The notes: generated by a model from the sequence alone, not told the origin. A stretch of DNA of 64,000 nt from Candidatus Multivoradales bacterium (GCA_965248055.1 CBDFIJ010000004.1:2624001-2688000), one strand, 5' to 3'. Counted from the first letter of the stretch, positions 39,410 to 49,642 are shown. Translations and numbers: made by a program.

Positions 39410-40456
39410 TTAGAAATCAGGAATGAGGACAGGGCGACGGGTATGGTGCTCCTGTTGCAGTAGCTGGTTGAGCTCACTCATCGGGCGGTGCTCAACGAAT
39501 GGGCTCAGTGCCAACGATCCTTGCGCTACTAGGTCCAGAATGGCGGGGTAGTGTTCCGGTAGGCAGCCCCAATTGCCCTGCGCTGTGGCATCGAAGGCCA
39601 TCAGGTTGGAAAGCCGTAGCGGGGTCTTGTCCATGGTGAAGCCGACCACCATTAGCTTGGCGTTGTGGGTCAACAAAGACCAAGCGGTTTGTTGGCCCGC
39701 CGCTGATCCGGAGCACTCCAAAATCTTGCGTCGGTGGGAAGCAAGCCCGTGCTCTCTTTGATAGTCGGTGATCGCGGTACGTACGGCACGCGCATCCAGG
39801 TTCGAGCTATTGAGCGGTAGGTCAAGGTAGTCGCTCAGGGCATCGAGCCGAGAATCGTCGATGTCGATCGCGACCACGTGCGCTGCCAGGTGCTTAGCGA
39901 CCTGAGCGGCGAAGGTGCCGACGCCGCCAGCCCCCACCACCACCACCAGGTCCTGGGCCTCTACCTCAGCCCGCACCACCGCTTGGTAGGCAGTTGAAAC
40001 CGCGTCGGCGACTACCGAGTAGTCCTCGATCGAGGTGGCGGTATCGGGTAACGGGCAGAGAAACTGCGCCGGAGTCAGGAAATGGCTGGCAAAGCCACCT
40101 GGGAAATCATTGCCGGGCATTTTCTGTGAGCGGCAGACATTGCCGCGCCCACAATCACATAGATCACAGTCTCCGCAGGGAAGTACCGCCGGGACCACGT
40201 AGTCGCGTCCGAGCATGTCGCTGTGCGAATCTCCAGCGGCCACCACCTTGCCGACGATCTCGTGCCCGAGAGTGAGAGGTAGGTCAGCATTAGGTCGTAC
40301 CCCGCCGTAGAGAAAAGCAACGTCGGTGTGGCACAGACCACAAGCGCGAACCTTTAGCAGTACTTCGTGGTCCGCTGGAGAGGGTAGCGGACGGCGGTTG
40401 AGGACCAACGGCTGCCCCGGTTCGACCATCTGCCAAGAGAATAATTCAGCACTCAT
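39410..40456 (-). CDS. had: 6-hydroxycyclohex-1-ene-1-carbonyl-CoA dehydrogenase
   Basis: CHTD, LGHEI, QKMPGND, VVADAV and RLSNLMAFDA...GNWGC motifs. Confidence 0.9.
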   Translation of the reverse strand: MSAELFSWQMVEPGQPLVLNRRPLPSPADHEVLLKVRACGLCHTDVAFLYGGVRPNADLPLTLGHEIVGKVVAAGDSHSDMLGRDYVVPAVLPCGDCDLCDCGRGNVCRSQKMPGNDFPGGFASHFLTPAQFLCPLPDTATSIEDYSVVADAVSTAYQAVVRAEVEAQDLVVVVGAGGVGTFAAQVAKHLAAHVVAIDIDDSRLDALSDYLDLPLNSSNLDARAVRTAITDYQREHGLASHRRKILECSGSAAGQQTAWSLLTHNAKLMVVGFTMDKTPLRLSNLMAFDATAQGNWGCLPEHYPAILDLVAQGSLALSPFVEHRPMSELNQLLQQEHHTRRPVLIPDF

Positions 40457-41184
40457 GACGAACTTTTGCTGACTCCCTGCGCGGTGTCCTGGTTGCCAAG
40501 CAGCGGAGGCAGGCTGGGTGTGTCGAGGGTCAGTTCGATCTCGGCTACCAGATCCTGCTCAGGACAGCGGGTGACAGCGCCGCACAGGAACAATCGATGA
40601 ACGGTGCGTGCGAGTTCTGGTAGATCACCGTGGCGCTTTGGCTGGTACCAACCGTAGCTCCAGTTGAGCATGCCGAACAGACAGTAGGTCAGCCGCTCGA
40701 CTTCCATCTCGTTTGCTGGATGACCGGCAGCTCCTACCCGACCACAACCTTGGTTGATCACCTGCGATGTCACCTGGCACCCGAGATCGAAATAGCGATT
40801 CTTGAGATTGCGAATCTGACTGCGTTCTTTCGCCGGCAGGGAACCCGCTTCATGCACCAAGATGCGCATGACATCGGTATTCTGAGAGAAGTAGGTAAGG
40901 TGGTTGAGGATTAGAATATTGAGTTGGCCGTTTGCCGACTCGATATCCTTGAGCGATCTCTCGGTGGTGGTGATTAGGTTTTGAAACGCCTCTTTCTGCA
41001 GTACAAAGAGGATCTCTTCCTTGGAGGAAAAGTAGTTGTAGGCGGAGGCCAGGCTGCGCCCGGTCGCTTTCGCCAGCCCGCGCATGGTCATCCCGTGGTA
41101 ACCCTGGCTGGCGATGAACTGCGCTGCCGCGGCGAGGATTTTTTGCCGCTGGGCCTCTCGATGGCGAGTATGGGGGTTGTCCAT
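40453..41184 (-). CDS. TetR/AcrR family regulator heading the benzoyl-CoA operon
   Basis: N-terminal HTH (GYHGMTMR...YNYFSSKEEIL); GMLNWSYGWY C-domain. Confidence 0.9.
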   Translation of the reverse strand: MDNPHTRHREAQRQKILAAAAQFIASQGYHGMTMRGLAKATGRSLASAYNYFSSKEEILFVLQKEAFQNLITTTERSLKDIESANGQLNILILNHLTYFSQNTDVMRILVHEAGSLPAKERSQIRNLKNRYFDLGCQVTSQVINQGCGRVGAAGHPANEMEVERLTYCLFGMLNWSYGWYQPKRHGDLPELARTVHRLFLCGAVTRCPEQDLVAEIELTLDTPSLPPLLGNQDTAQGVSKSSS

Positions 41185-41190
41185 GAGGAT

Positions 41191-41220
41191 ATGTTAAGTT
41201 AACGAACGTTCGTTCGTCAA
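41191..41220 (-). promoter_or_regulatory. Sigma70-type promoter with palindromic operator in the spacer; probably leaderless transcript
   Basis: TTGACG-N18-TAACAT ending 6 nt before the ATG; perfect 14-bp palindrome AACGAACGTTCGTT at 41201-41214; no SD. Confidence 0.7.
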
Positions 41221-41245
41221 CAAGTCATGCATCAGGAGAGACGCG

Positions 41246-41812
41246 ATGTCCAATCAAACAAATGCCACCGCCGAGCTCAAGGCCGAACATCGAGTGATCA
41301 AAAGAGTTCTGAGAGTGCTGGACCTGTTGGTGAAGGAGATGGACGAAGGGAAGCAACCACGGTTGGAACTCCTGGGCTCATCCGTAGAGTTCTTCCGCCT
41401 CTATGCCGATGCTTGCCACCATGCCAAGGAAGAAGACTTGCTATTCCCGGTGTTGGAGAACAAGGGAATTCCGCGCGAGGGCGGCCCCATTGGGGTGATG
41501 CTCGAAGAGCACCGCATCGCGCGTTGCTATGTTGCGCGCATGGCGGCAGCGCTCAAGGCGATGAATGGCGGCGGCGAGAGTGGGGCTGCTGCCGGGGAGT
41601 TTTGTGGTGTGGCGCGAGAGTATCTTCAGCTCCTCACTCAACACATATACAAAGAAGACAACATTCTCTTCGAGATCGGCGACCAGGTAATGGACGATGG
41701 TGATCGCGCGCAACTGTCGGCTGGCTTTTGCGATGTGGCGTGCCGGGATTTCGACGGCAAGACGCGGGAACAGTTGGAGTTATTGGCTGATCAATTGGAG
41801 CAACAAGTCTAG
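41246..41812 (+). CDS. Hemerythrin-like (HHE cation-binding) protein
   Basis: EH, HHAKEE..LFP, MLEEH and HIYKED..LF motifs. Confidence 0.88.
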   Translation: MSNQTNATAELKAEHRVIKRVLRVLDLLVKEMDEGKQPRLELLGSSVEFFRLYADACHHAKEEDLLFPVLENKGIPREGGPIGVMLEEHRIARCYVARMAAALKAMNGGGESGAAAGEFCGVAREYLQLLTQHIYKEDNILFEIGDQVMDDGDRAQLSAGFCDVACRDFDGKTREQLELLADQLEQQV

Positions 41813-41842
41813 GCAGCAAGACCTCCTGGATCGGAGCGCTGC

Positions 41843-42694
41843 TTAGCTAGAAAGCGTCCGCCAGGAATCTTCGATTGCTTCTCGCAGTCGTCGTGCCTCA
41901 GCAACCATCGCCACGAGGGCTGCTGATATCGCCGGATCCTGAAGGCTGGCAGATCTTTTTGTTTTGAGGTTGCCTGAGCTACCGGCACGATTGAGGTCAC
42001 CCAAGCCAGCATCCTGATTTCCTGCTTGTAGGCGTCGGATGCGATTTTTCAATGGCTCGACGTCTTCGATCCCACGGAATCGACCCATGCGCGCCGTGTG
42101 AGGGTCCTTCTTCTTTCCACCTGGTCGGGAACCACCGCCGCCCCCGGCGGTTTGCACTTCGAGATCGGCGATGCCGAACAGCCGCTGTAGCGGACCCTGG
42201 TGAGTCCGTAGGTTCTGGATCTTGGCGATGGTCAAGGTTTGTTCCCGGGTGCGAAACAGTCCTTCACGGATGCGGATGGCTTTGTCGGTAACGACATACC
42301 AGCGCATCTCCCAGGCTAGGCGCAGTAGCAGTCCGCTGACCACCAACTGAACCAGGAAGCCAAATACCGCTAGGACCTCGACCCAGTTTGCCAGATTACC
42401 GATCTCGATCCCGGTATCGAAGCCGAGCAGGCTAAGTCGGGTAGCGAGAAAGCGGTCGGGAAGTCGGTTGATTCCGCTGAGCCGCATATTAAACACTCGA
42501 TCCACGACTCCCAAGGGAATCAACAAACCGAACAGAGCACCGGCTTGTTTGACTCCCCAATTCAGGGCTGAATACCCAAAGTACTTGGGCGAAGCGCGGA
42601 ACATTGACACCGAGTCCGACGAACCCTCGGGTGGCTCCGGTCGCTCCCTGATGCGGAGAAACTTCAGTAACCTCTGTCGCAGCCGGTTGGTCAT
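41843..42694 (-). CDS. Bacterial PH-domain membrane protein (YdbT/YdbS-like)
   Basis: TM segments followed by IQNL...QGPLQRLFGIADLEVQTAG. Confidence 0.82.
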   Translation of the reverse strand: MTNRLRQRLLKFLRIRERPEPPEGSSDSVSMFRASPKYFGYSALNWGVKQAGALFGLLIPLGVVDRVFNMRLSGINRLPDRFLATRLSLLGFDTGIEIGNLANWVEVLAVFGFLVQLVVSGLLLRLAWEMRWYVVTDKAIRIREGLFRTREQTLTIAKIQNLRTHQGPLQRLFGIADLEVQTAGGGGGSRPGGKKKDPHTARMGRFRGIEDVEPLKNRIRRLQAGNQDAGLGDLNRAGSSGNLKTKRSASLQDPAISAALVAMVAEARRLREAIEDSWRTLSS

Positions 42695-43215
42695 CAGGAC
42701 GGGCCGATCTTGGCCGCCAACAGGGTCCGGATCGCTGCCAATTCGCGCGTCACTTGACTCAAAGCATCCACCAAGACCTGACCTCCATCTGATGCCGGAG
42801 AGGTACCTTCGTCCATGCCAGTCGTCTCCCCGTGCATCCTTTGATAGAGAAAATCGCGCACTAGTTCGTATTCCTGAATCCCCTCCAGCGTCATTTCTGG
42901 CTTGGCAGATCCACTTGCAGTTTGCAGCTCTACTTTCGCCAAACCGAACCGACGCTCCACCACATTGCTCGACAGATGAATGTCCTGCAGACGCGGGTAA
43001 TTCAGCCGCACCTCACGTCGGAATAACGCTCCCCAACCCATGGTCACGCCTTCTTCGTCGAATGAGTAGTGCAGCGTCCGATACTTAAAGTACAGGGGTA
43101 GCAGAATGACAAAGAAGAAGGGCCCAGCGATTAACGACAGTAGACCGTAGTACTTCAGCAGGTTGGGATGAGGTCGACGGATCGATTCAATTGCCGAAAA
43201 TTCCGGGGCATTCAT
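42694..43215 (-). CDS. Bacterial PH-domain membrane protein (YdbS-like)
   Basis: TM segments followed by RLQDI...VERRFGLAKVELQTASG. Confidence 0.82.
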   Translation of the reverse strand: MNAPEFSAIESIRRPHPNLLKYYGLLSLIAGPFFFVILLPLYFKYRTLHYSFDEEGVTMGWGALFRREVRLNYPRLQDIHLSSNVVERRFGLAKVELQTASGSAKPEMTLEGIQEYELVRDFLYQRMHGETTGMDEGTSPASDGGQVLVDALSQVTRELAAIRTLLAAKIGPS

Positions 43216-43276
43216 TGTGAAGTCATCATAGCGGGAACGCGATGCAGTATTACGTCACCAGGGGATTTGGGGGAAT

Positions 43277-44842
43277 CTAGCCTGCAAGTTCAACCATCAT
43301 TGCCGTGTACATACGTAAATTAAGTAGGAATTGATCGTGGGTCATCAGTTCGTGTTCAGTGTGGCCGGTGTACGTAGAGTCGGGCATTGCGGGCCCAAAA
43401 CTCACACCGTTTGGCAATAGACGGGCATTGGTTCCACCGCCGATTGCGATCGGTTCGGCGTCACGAACTCCGCTGTAGTGCCGAAAAACATCGAGCAAGA
43501 CGGGCACATGAGGTGCTTCTTCCAGTAAGTATGGCTCCTCTACTCGGGTGCGGAGAGTCAACGTCGAGATACCGGTCTCAGCCTTCCAAGTTTCGACCGC
43601 GAGCTCGATCTTCGCTTCGATTTCCTCAACCGTATGTCCTACTGGTCGGCGAAAGCTGATTGCGGCTTCGTAGCCGAGTTCGGTCGGAGTCAGTTTTGCC
43701 AAGGTTAGAGTTAATGGCCCCATGAAGGCGTGGGAATGAGCCAGGTCCCCGAAGTGGGAGCCAAAGTCACCGGTTCCGACTAGGTCGTTGACCATTCGTA
43801 CCATCCGCGCGGCGCCAGTATCGGGCCACGCGACGCTTCCCAAGGTGGCCGCTAGATGGGTGATTGCATTTCGTCCGTTCGACGGTTCCATAGAGTGCGC
43901 TGACTTTCCCCGCGCTTTGATAGAGAGTTGATCGCCACTGTTGGTCACGGTGTAGGTAACGTCGGTGTCCAACTCAATTGCTGTTCTCAGTTGCCGCTCG
44001 ACCTCGATAGTTGGACCCTGAATCACCGCCTCTGCGTCCTCTGGGACCTGGGACAGAAAGGCGCCGCCGGTCAACGAGTGAAGGTAAGGTATGTTTGTGG
44101 TTTCTGAGGGTCCACCAAGGGTCAGATGGATCTCTCCCCAGCCCTTCTCGGCGACCACCACGGGATAGTTCGCGTCAAGGGAAAGGTTTAGACTCGGTTC
44201 ATCGTATTGTTCGAGAAAAGAGCGAAACGGATCCCAGTCGGATTCTTCGGTATACGACACGATCAGTTCTATCCGCCGCTTCCGCGGTAGCCCGCGATCT
44301 TTGAGCGACTTCATTGCATAGAGCGCCAGCGCCAGGGGCCCTTTGTCGTCTTCCGCGCCACGTGCGATGAGGTTTCCGGGTTCAGAGAGTGTGTCAAGTG
44401 AAAAAGGATCCTGGTGCCACTTTGTCGGATCGGCCGGTTGCACATCGGCGTGTGTAACGATGCCAAGTCGATCACTCGAATCGCCGAGGCCGACTATCAC
44501 GACTGAACCGAAGTCGGTGAAATCCAGCCCCAGCTCAGCGGTTTTTGCTTCCAGGTACCTGGTGAAATTCTTAAACTCGGGGTTGTCGACGTTTTCGAGT
44601 CCGTCCTGCTTGACAGTCCGAAAGGTCACGAGGTCTTGGAGGGTGGCAAGTGATGCATCAGCGTAGGTCGCGACGGCGTAGTTGGCAATGGCAACACTTC
44701 GTTCTGAGGGCACTGTTTCGGTTTTGTTTCGGCAACTAGCTATCAGCAAAAAAAACACAAAAATCGCAAACAACAGTTGATAGCCCGCGTTCCATGCGGG
44801 GAACCAAGTCCATTGCTGGGGTGTCTTTCGCTGGTCGACCAT
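43277..44842 (-). CDS. M20 family dipeptidase (PepV/Sapep-like), probable lipoprotein; start uncertain
   Basis: HADVQP, RGAEDDKGP, TEE, GGGT and GHTEHE motifs; lipobox LIASC. Confidence 0.85.
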   Translation of the reverse strand: MVDQRKTPQQWTWFPAWNAGYQLLFAIFVFFLLIASCRNKTETVPSERSVAIANYAVATYADASLATLQDLVTFRTVKQDGLENVDNPEFKNFTRYLEAKTAELGLDFTDFGSVVIVGLGDSSDRLGIVTHADVQPADPTKWHQDPFSLDTLSEPGNLIARGAEDDKGPLALALYAMKSLKDRGLPRKRRIELIVSYTEESDWDPFRSFLEQYDEPSLNLSLDANYPVVVAEKGWGEIHLTLGGPSETTNIPYLHSLTGGAFLSQVPEDAEAVIQGPTIEVERQLRTAIELDTDVTYTVTNSGDQLSIKARGKSAHSMEPSNGRNAITHLAATLGSVAWPDTGAARMVRMVNDLVGTGDFGSHFGDLAHSHAFMGPLTLTLAKLTPTELGYEAAISFRRPVGHTVEEIEAKIELAVETWKAETGISTLTLRTRVEEPYLLEEAPHVPVLLDVFRHYSGVRDAEPIAIGGGTNARLLPNGVSFGPAMPDSTYTGHTEHELMTHDQFLLNLRMYTAMMVELAG

Positions 44843-44849
44843 CAACTGT

Positions 44850-46382
44850 CTAGTTCGAACAGGTTGGTTTACATGGGGCATCTTGAGTCGGTTCCTTTCT
44901 TCCTTGTTGCTTCCAGAGGTACATGGCTGCGTAGGCTCGCCAAGGTCGCCAAGCTTCGGCTCTTCGCCTTAGATCTTTTGAAGTGACCTTGTCCTTGGGG
45001 ATAGTGGCGTCTTTTGAGTCGGCGGCAATGGACCGCAGCAGCCATAAGTCAGAAGCGGGAAAAGCGTTCGGTTCGCCGAGCGCACGCATAGCTATGTATT
45101 CCGCCGTCCAGTCGCCAATCCCAGGCAGAGCGGTTAGCGTAGCGACGAAAGTTTTTCGATCAGTTGTCGGATCGAAAGACATTCGACCATCGCGCACCGC
45201 GCAGGACAACCCCCGGATGGTACGCGCACGGGTCGCGGGCAGCCCACAATTAGCTAGATCGGCATCCGCTAGCACTCTGGCGGTGGGGAAAACTTTGGTC
45301 AGGCCATTCGGGTCACCTGCTGGGATTGACTGGCCATAGTGACGAACCAAGCGGCCAGCTAGCGTGGCTCCTCCACGCACTGTTACCTGTTGACCAAGTA
45401 CCGCCCGCACAGCGAGTTCAAACCCGTCCCAAGCGCCGGGTACCCTCATACCGGGATCAAACGCGACCAATGGGGCCAGTGTTGGATCGCGGCTCAGGTG
45501 GCGTGAGATCTGCTCGGGGTCGGCGCGAAGATCGAAAATATTCCGCACTCGTTCGACCGTCGGCATCAAAGCCTTGGGATCGGGGAAGTCAACTTTCAGT
45601 GTTAGGCATTGGCGGCCCAATGTTGGTGTAACACTGATCGTTCCCACCGATGAGTTAAGTGCGATAGTCCGTCGGTATAAGCTCGTTTGGCTGTACTCGA
45701 TTTCAGGTATTGCGCGATGAGAGAGGTATTCAAGGATTGACTGCCACTCAAAAGGGGGTCGATAGGAGAGTTCGAGGCGAAACAACTGCGGATGAGTCGA
45801 ACCGTGTTTCTGTCTAGCAGTTCGCCGCAATTCGGTCGGTGACCGCTGGTAGGTTTCACGAAACGTTGCGTTGAAACGTCGAATGCTGCCGAAGCCAGCA
45901 GTAAACGCTATTTCTGCCATCGGCAAACTCGTCTCGTCTATGAGTTTCTTGGCGAAGTGCAAACGGCGAGTTTGTGCCACCTTCGACGGTGATGCGCCCA
46001 AGTGTTTGCGAAAGAGTCGACGTAAGTGCCCTGTGCTGATGTCGAGACTGCTAGCCAGTTCGCTCATGCCACCGGTCTCAAACGTGCCACTGTCGATCAG
46101 GCGTAGAGCACGTGAAACGGTGGCCGAGGTACCGAGCCAGGCCGGTGTTCCGGGTGACGATTCAGGTCTGCATCGCAGACATGGCCGAAATCCGGCGACT
46201 GCGGCCCCGGCAGCAGAAGCAAAGAAATGCATATTTTTCTTATGTGCCGGTGGGACCGGACAAACAGGCCGACAATAGATTCCCGTTGTCTTGACACCGG
46301 CGAAAAATCGGCCATCGAAACGCGGATCTCGGGAAATCATCGCGCGGTAACAGACGGTTGGATCGAGGTCGGGACTTGGCAT
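44850..46382 (-). CDS. alkA: Ada-AlkA fusion (Ada Zn domain, AraC HTH, DNA-3-methyladenine glycosylase II)
   Basis: TTGIYCRPVC, FRPCLRCRPE, AVLGQQV, GIGDWTA and WRPWRAYA motifs. Confidence 0.92.
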   Translation of the reverse strand: MPSPDLDPTVCYRAMISRDPRFDGRFFAGVKTTGIYCRPVCPVPPAHKKNMHFFASAAGAAVAGFRPCLRCRPESSPGTPAWLGTSATVSRALRLIDSGTFETGGMSELASSLDISTGHLRRLFRKHLGASPSKVAQTRRLHFAKKLIDETSLPMAEIAFTAGFGSIRRFNATFRETYQRSPTELRRTARQKHGSTHPQLFRLELSYRPPFEWQSILEYLSHRAIPEIEYSQTSLYRRTIALNSSVGTISVTPTLGRQCLTLKVDFPDPKALMPTVERVRNIFDLRADPEQISRHLSRDPTLAPLVAFDPGMRVPGAWDGFELAVRAVLGQQVTVRGGATLAGRLVRHYGQSIPAGDPNGLTKVFPTARVLADADLANCGLPATRARTIRGLSCAVRDGRMSFDPTTDRKTFVATLTALPGIGDWTAEYIAMRALGEPNAFPASDLWLLRSIAADSKDATIPKDKVTSKDLRRRAEAWRPWRAYAAMYLWKQQGRKEPTQDAPCKPTCSN

Positions 46383-46664
46383 GATTTGCGGTTTCGAGCT
46401 TGGGTTGTGCAGTGTATGCAACCTCGGATGTTCGAGTCTGGCCGTTTTCGGACCTCAATGAAAAATGAATACGGGCCGTGTGCTAATCTCGCATTTGATT
46501 ATTGGAGAGAGAAAGCAGCAATTGCGATGACTCAGGGTGTTGTTCGCAACCGATCCATCGCATCGTCTTTTTGTTCCGAGAGCCTTTGGTCTTTTTCCCA
46601 GTTTGCAGTTCGGAACCTGGACGCTTTTGCTACCGTGTCCTCTCGATGTTGGTCGCGGTCGTTT

Positions 46665-49037
46665 TTACTCGTCGATCCAGTCTGGGTTTACTTGACCGGA
46701 GTCGCGCAGCATGGCGGCGGTCTTAACCAGATCACGGAACTCAGCCACCTTTGGATCTCGGGTTTCGCGGGCTAGTTCTCGGGCACCCGCGGCGACTCGT
46801 TTAAGGTCACCGTCTTTGGCCCAAAAGCTTCCTTTCAAGATCTCTCCGAACTCGGCGACCAAGGCGGCCAATCTGAGGGATGGAGCGCTCGATCTGAGTC
46901 GCGCGTCAAACTCGTTGAAATGAACCGGCTGCTTCTGTTCGATCACCCGGCCACGCTCTTTGGAGTGATAGCGCACCCGTAGGGTAGCGACCTCAGTGTT
47001 TCGCGGTGTGTCCTCATGGAGCTTGATCTCGTAGAGGGCTGTGATGTGGTGACCAGCACCGATCTCGCCAGCATCGACTTTGTCGTTGCGAAAGTCTCGG
47101 TCTGCGACATCTCGGTTTTCGTAGCCGATCAAGCGGTAGCGACTGACTACCTGAGGATCGAATTCCACCTGAATCTTGGCCTCGGAGGCGATGGTTTGCA
47201 GGGTGCCGGTGAGTTGCTCGACAAACAGCCGACGCGCTTCAGAGATGTCGTCGACGTAGGAATACCGACCATCGCCCTTGTCGGCGAGTTGCTCCATCAG
47301 CACATCGTTGTAGTTGCCCATACCAAATCCGACGGTGGTGAGTTCGACACCAGCATCAGCTTCACGCCCAATGCGATTCAGGATTGAGTCTGGACCAGTG
47401 CGACCGACATTGGCCACACCGTCGGAGCACAGGATGACGCGGTTGATCGCGCCCTCACGGTAGTACTCTCGAGCTAGGTCGTAGGCGAGAACCAGCCCCT
47501 CTTCGGCGTTGGTCGATCCGTTGGCTACTAAGCGGTTGATCGCTCGTTCAATGCGTTGGTGGTTGGAGGTAGGCTGCAGAAGAACCTGGCCGCGATTACC
47601 ATAGACCACCAGGCCGACACGATCACTAGGAGTGAGTTCGCCGAGCAGCAAGCGCAACGACTCCTTGACTAAGCCGAGTCGGTTTTCACGATCCATCGAT
47701 CCGGAAACGTCGACCACGAAGATCAAAGTCGCCGGATCACGATCCTCGGCGTGGATTTCTCGACCTTGGATGCCGAAGCGGAGCAGATACTGGCGCTCAC
47801 CGCTGGCAAAGGGTGATGGGGCTCCTTCAGCGCTCAGGGCGAAATCACCATGTCGCGGGGCTTGGTCGTTGTAGTTGAAGTAGTTCAAGAATTCCTCAAC
47901 CCGAATCGCGTCCTGGGGCGGCAGATGGCCGCGGTCCAGGTAGCTACGAGCTACGGTGTAGGAACCGGTATCCACGTCCATGGCGAAAGTCGACTGATGA
48001 TCGTCCTCGGTGTCGATGAACGGGTTGGTGCCGTACGAGTCGAAGAACATGTCGTCGTAGGGCCGGTCATTGGGTTCGGCGGTGCCGCCGACGGATGAAT
48101 GGGATTTCTTTGGTAGCAGGATCATGTCGGCCCTTGGAGGCTCTTGCCGACTTGACCGGCCGTGAGTGCCAGATTGGAGTGCTTCGAGCTCTTCTCGAAG
48201 GCGCCGCTCTTCACGCTGAAGAACCGTCAGGATCGTACTTCTATCCGTCCCTGGTTCATTGTCGACTAAGTAGTTTATCGACGTTGGTTCATGGCGGTGT
48301 CTTACAGGTTCCTGAGGGTCCAAGTTGTTGCTTTCCAGCACCGAAAACGCCTGATTCTCCAGGGTTGGGTCGCCAGAGATCTGAGCAGGTGAGGAAAACG
48401 TTTCTACTTGAAGCTGAGCTGAAGGAGAGTTGGCGCCTGTTACCGAAGCAGGTCCGGAGGAAGAAGATTCCGTAGGGAGCTCCAGTTCCTGCCTTTCCAA
48501 TAAGTGCTCTCTCATTGATTGGGCGCGTGTATCAAACGTGCTGTCGCCAAATCTGTCAGCGACTCGACCTTCGGTGGGAGGGGTGGGGTTTACGTCCGCC
48601 TTTAGGTCGTCGGTTTGTTCACCCTCTAGGTCCTCTCGATCGCGAGTTACCGCACCTGAGATTTCGACGGACTTCGCTTCTTGGGTGTCGCCTGAAACAT
48701 CCATTGGGTTGTTTCGATTGGTTTGTTCACGTGTAGCGGTAGTACCGGGAGAAACACGGTCTGCATCTGAGAGGGAGGGAGTAATCCGCCAATGGTTCGT
48801 TTCTCCAAGGCGATACGCAAGAAAGCCCCCGAAAGCCACGGTCGCCAAAGTAGCAGCCAGCAACCAAGTTTGCGGTCGCGGCCCCTTGCCTCGCGGCGGC
48901 TCATTGCTCACTTCAAGGTCGGATGGGATCTCACTCTTAAGGTCTTCCAGCAGGTGCATCGGAGGCGTCGGCGTTGGGGTACTGCTGAGCAGTCCTTCGA
49001 CGTCTTCAGGGGTAATTCTTTCTTTTGGGGTATTCAT
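46665..49037 (-). CDS. Membrane-anchored vWA-domain protein (YfbK-like), probable anti-sigma factor
   Basis: Short cytoplasmic N-terminus, TM helix and long linker; STFAMDVDTGSY, DVSGS MIDAS, YRLIGYENR and DAGEIGAGH motifs; ATGA-coupled to the ECF gene. Confidence 0.87.
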   Translation of the reverse strand: MNTPKERITPEDVEGLLSSTPTPTPPMHLLEDLKSEIPSDLEVSNEPPRGKGPRPQTWLLAATLATVAFGGFLAYRLGETNHWRITPSLSDADRVSPGTTATREQTNRNNPMDVSGDTQEAKSVEISGAVTRDREDLEGEQTDDLKADVNPTPPTEGRVADRFGDSTFDTRAQSMREHLLERQELELPTESSSSGPASVTGANSPSAQLQVETFSSPAQISGDPTLENQAFSVLESNNLDPQEPVRHRHEPTSINYLVDNEPGTDRSTILTVLQREERRLREELEALQSGTHGRSSRQEPPRADMILLPKKSHSSVGGTAEPNDRPYDDMFFDSYGTNPFIDTEDDHQSTFAMDVDTGSYTVARSYLDRGHLPPQDAIRVEEFLNYFNYNDQAPRHGDFALSAEGAPSPFASGERQYLLRFGIQGREIHAEDRDPATLIFVVDVSGSMDRENRLGLVKESLRLLLGELTPSDRVGLVVYGNRGQVLLQPTSNHQRIERAINRLVANGSTNAEEGLVLAYDLAREYYREGAINRVILCSDGVANVGRTGPDSILNRIGREADAGVELTTVGFGMGNYNDVLMEQLADKGDGRYSYVDDISEARRLFVEQLTGTLQTIASEAKIQVEFDPQVVSRYRLIGYENRDVADRDFRNDKVDAGEIGAGHHITALYEIKLHEDTPRNTEVATLRVRYHSKERGRVIEQKQPVHFNEFDARLRSSAPSLRLAALVAEFGEILKGSFWAKDGDLKRVAAGARELARETRDPKVAEFRDLVKTAAMLRDSGQVNPDWIDE

Positions 49038-49642
49038 GAGTAGCTCTCCTCTTGGCTGGAGGATGGTTGGTTGAGAATTGCGGCGATCTGTTGATGAGCG
49101 CGTTTCAAGCGCTTGCGTACGGCGACTTCTGAAATCCTTTGTATCGATGCGATCTCGCGCACCGGCGTTTCGTGCCAATAGCGCGCTGTGATCGCGAACT
49201 GCAGGTCGTCAGGAAGTTGTGCCACCGCTCGCCGCAACTGGATCGACGTTTCTTCGACTTCGAGTCTTTCGCCAGCCGGAGGAGCGTGATCGGGCAACCG
49301 GTCAGGTTCTTCGAGAGAGGTGATCCTCTTGGGTCGCCGAATGTGGCTCAGGAACGTGGTGTGGGCGATGCGATAGAGCCAACTGGAAAAAGCACAGTCG
49401 CCGCGGAAGCGACTCAAGGAAGCCCAAGCCTTGCGGTAGGTCTCCTGGGTTAGATCCGCGGCCAGATCCTGATCGCCGTTGCACAAGCGAAAAAGGGCGC
49501 CGTAAATTCGACAGTAGGTGACCTCTACCAGTTGTTCAGCCGCACTGCGATCTCCGTCTACGAGGGCTTGCCAGAGAGTGGACTCGTCTGGGAGATCGGT
49601 TGGGATGGCGGGTTTCATCAGGGTTAAAGTTTGCGCCGTCAT
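49034..49642 (-). CDS. ECF RNA polymerase sigma factor
   Basis: AADLTQET, FSSWLYRIA and region 4 HTH (EIA...AVRKRLKRA). Confidence 0.92.
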   Translation of the reverse strand: MTAQTLTLMKPAIPTDLPDESTLWQALVDGDRSAAEQLVEVTYCRIYGALFRLCNGDQDLAADLTQETYRKAWASLSRFRGDCAFSSWLYRIAHTTFLSHIRRPKRITSLEEPDRLPDHAPPAGERLEVEETSIQLRRAVAQLPDDLQFAITARYWHETPVREIASIQRISEVAVRKRLKRAHQQIAAILNQPSSSQEESYS

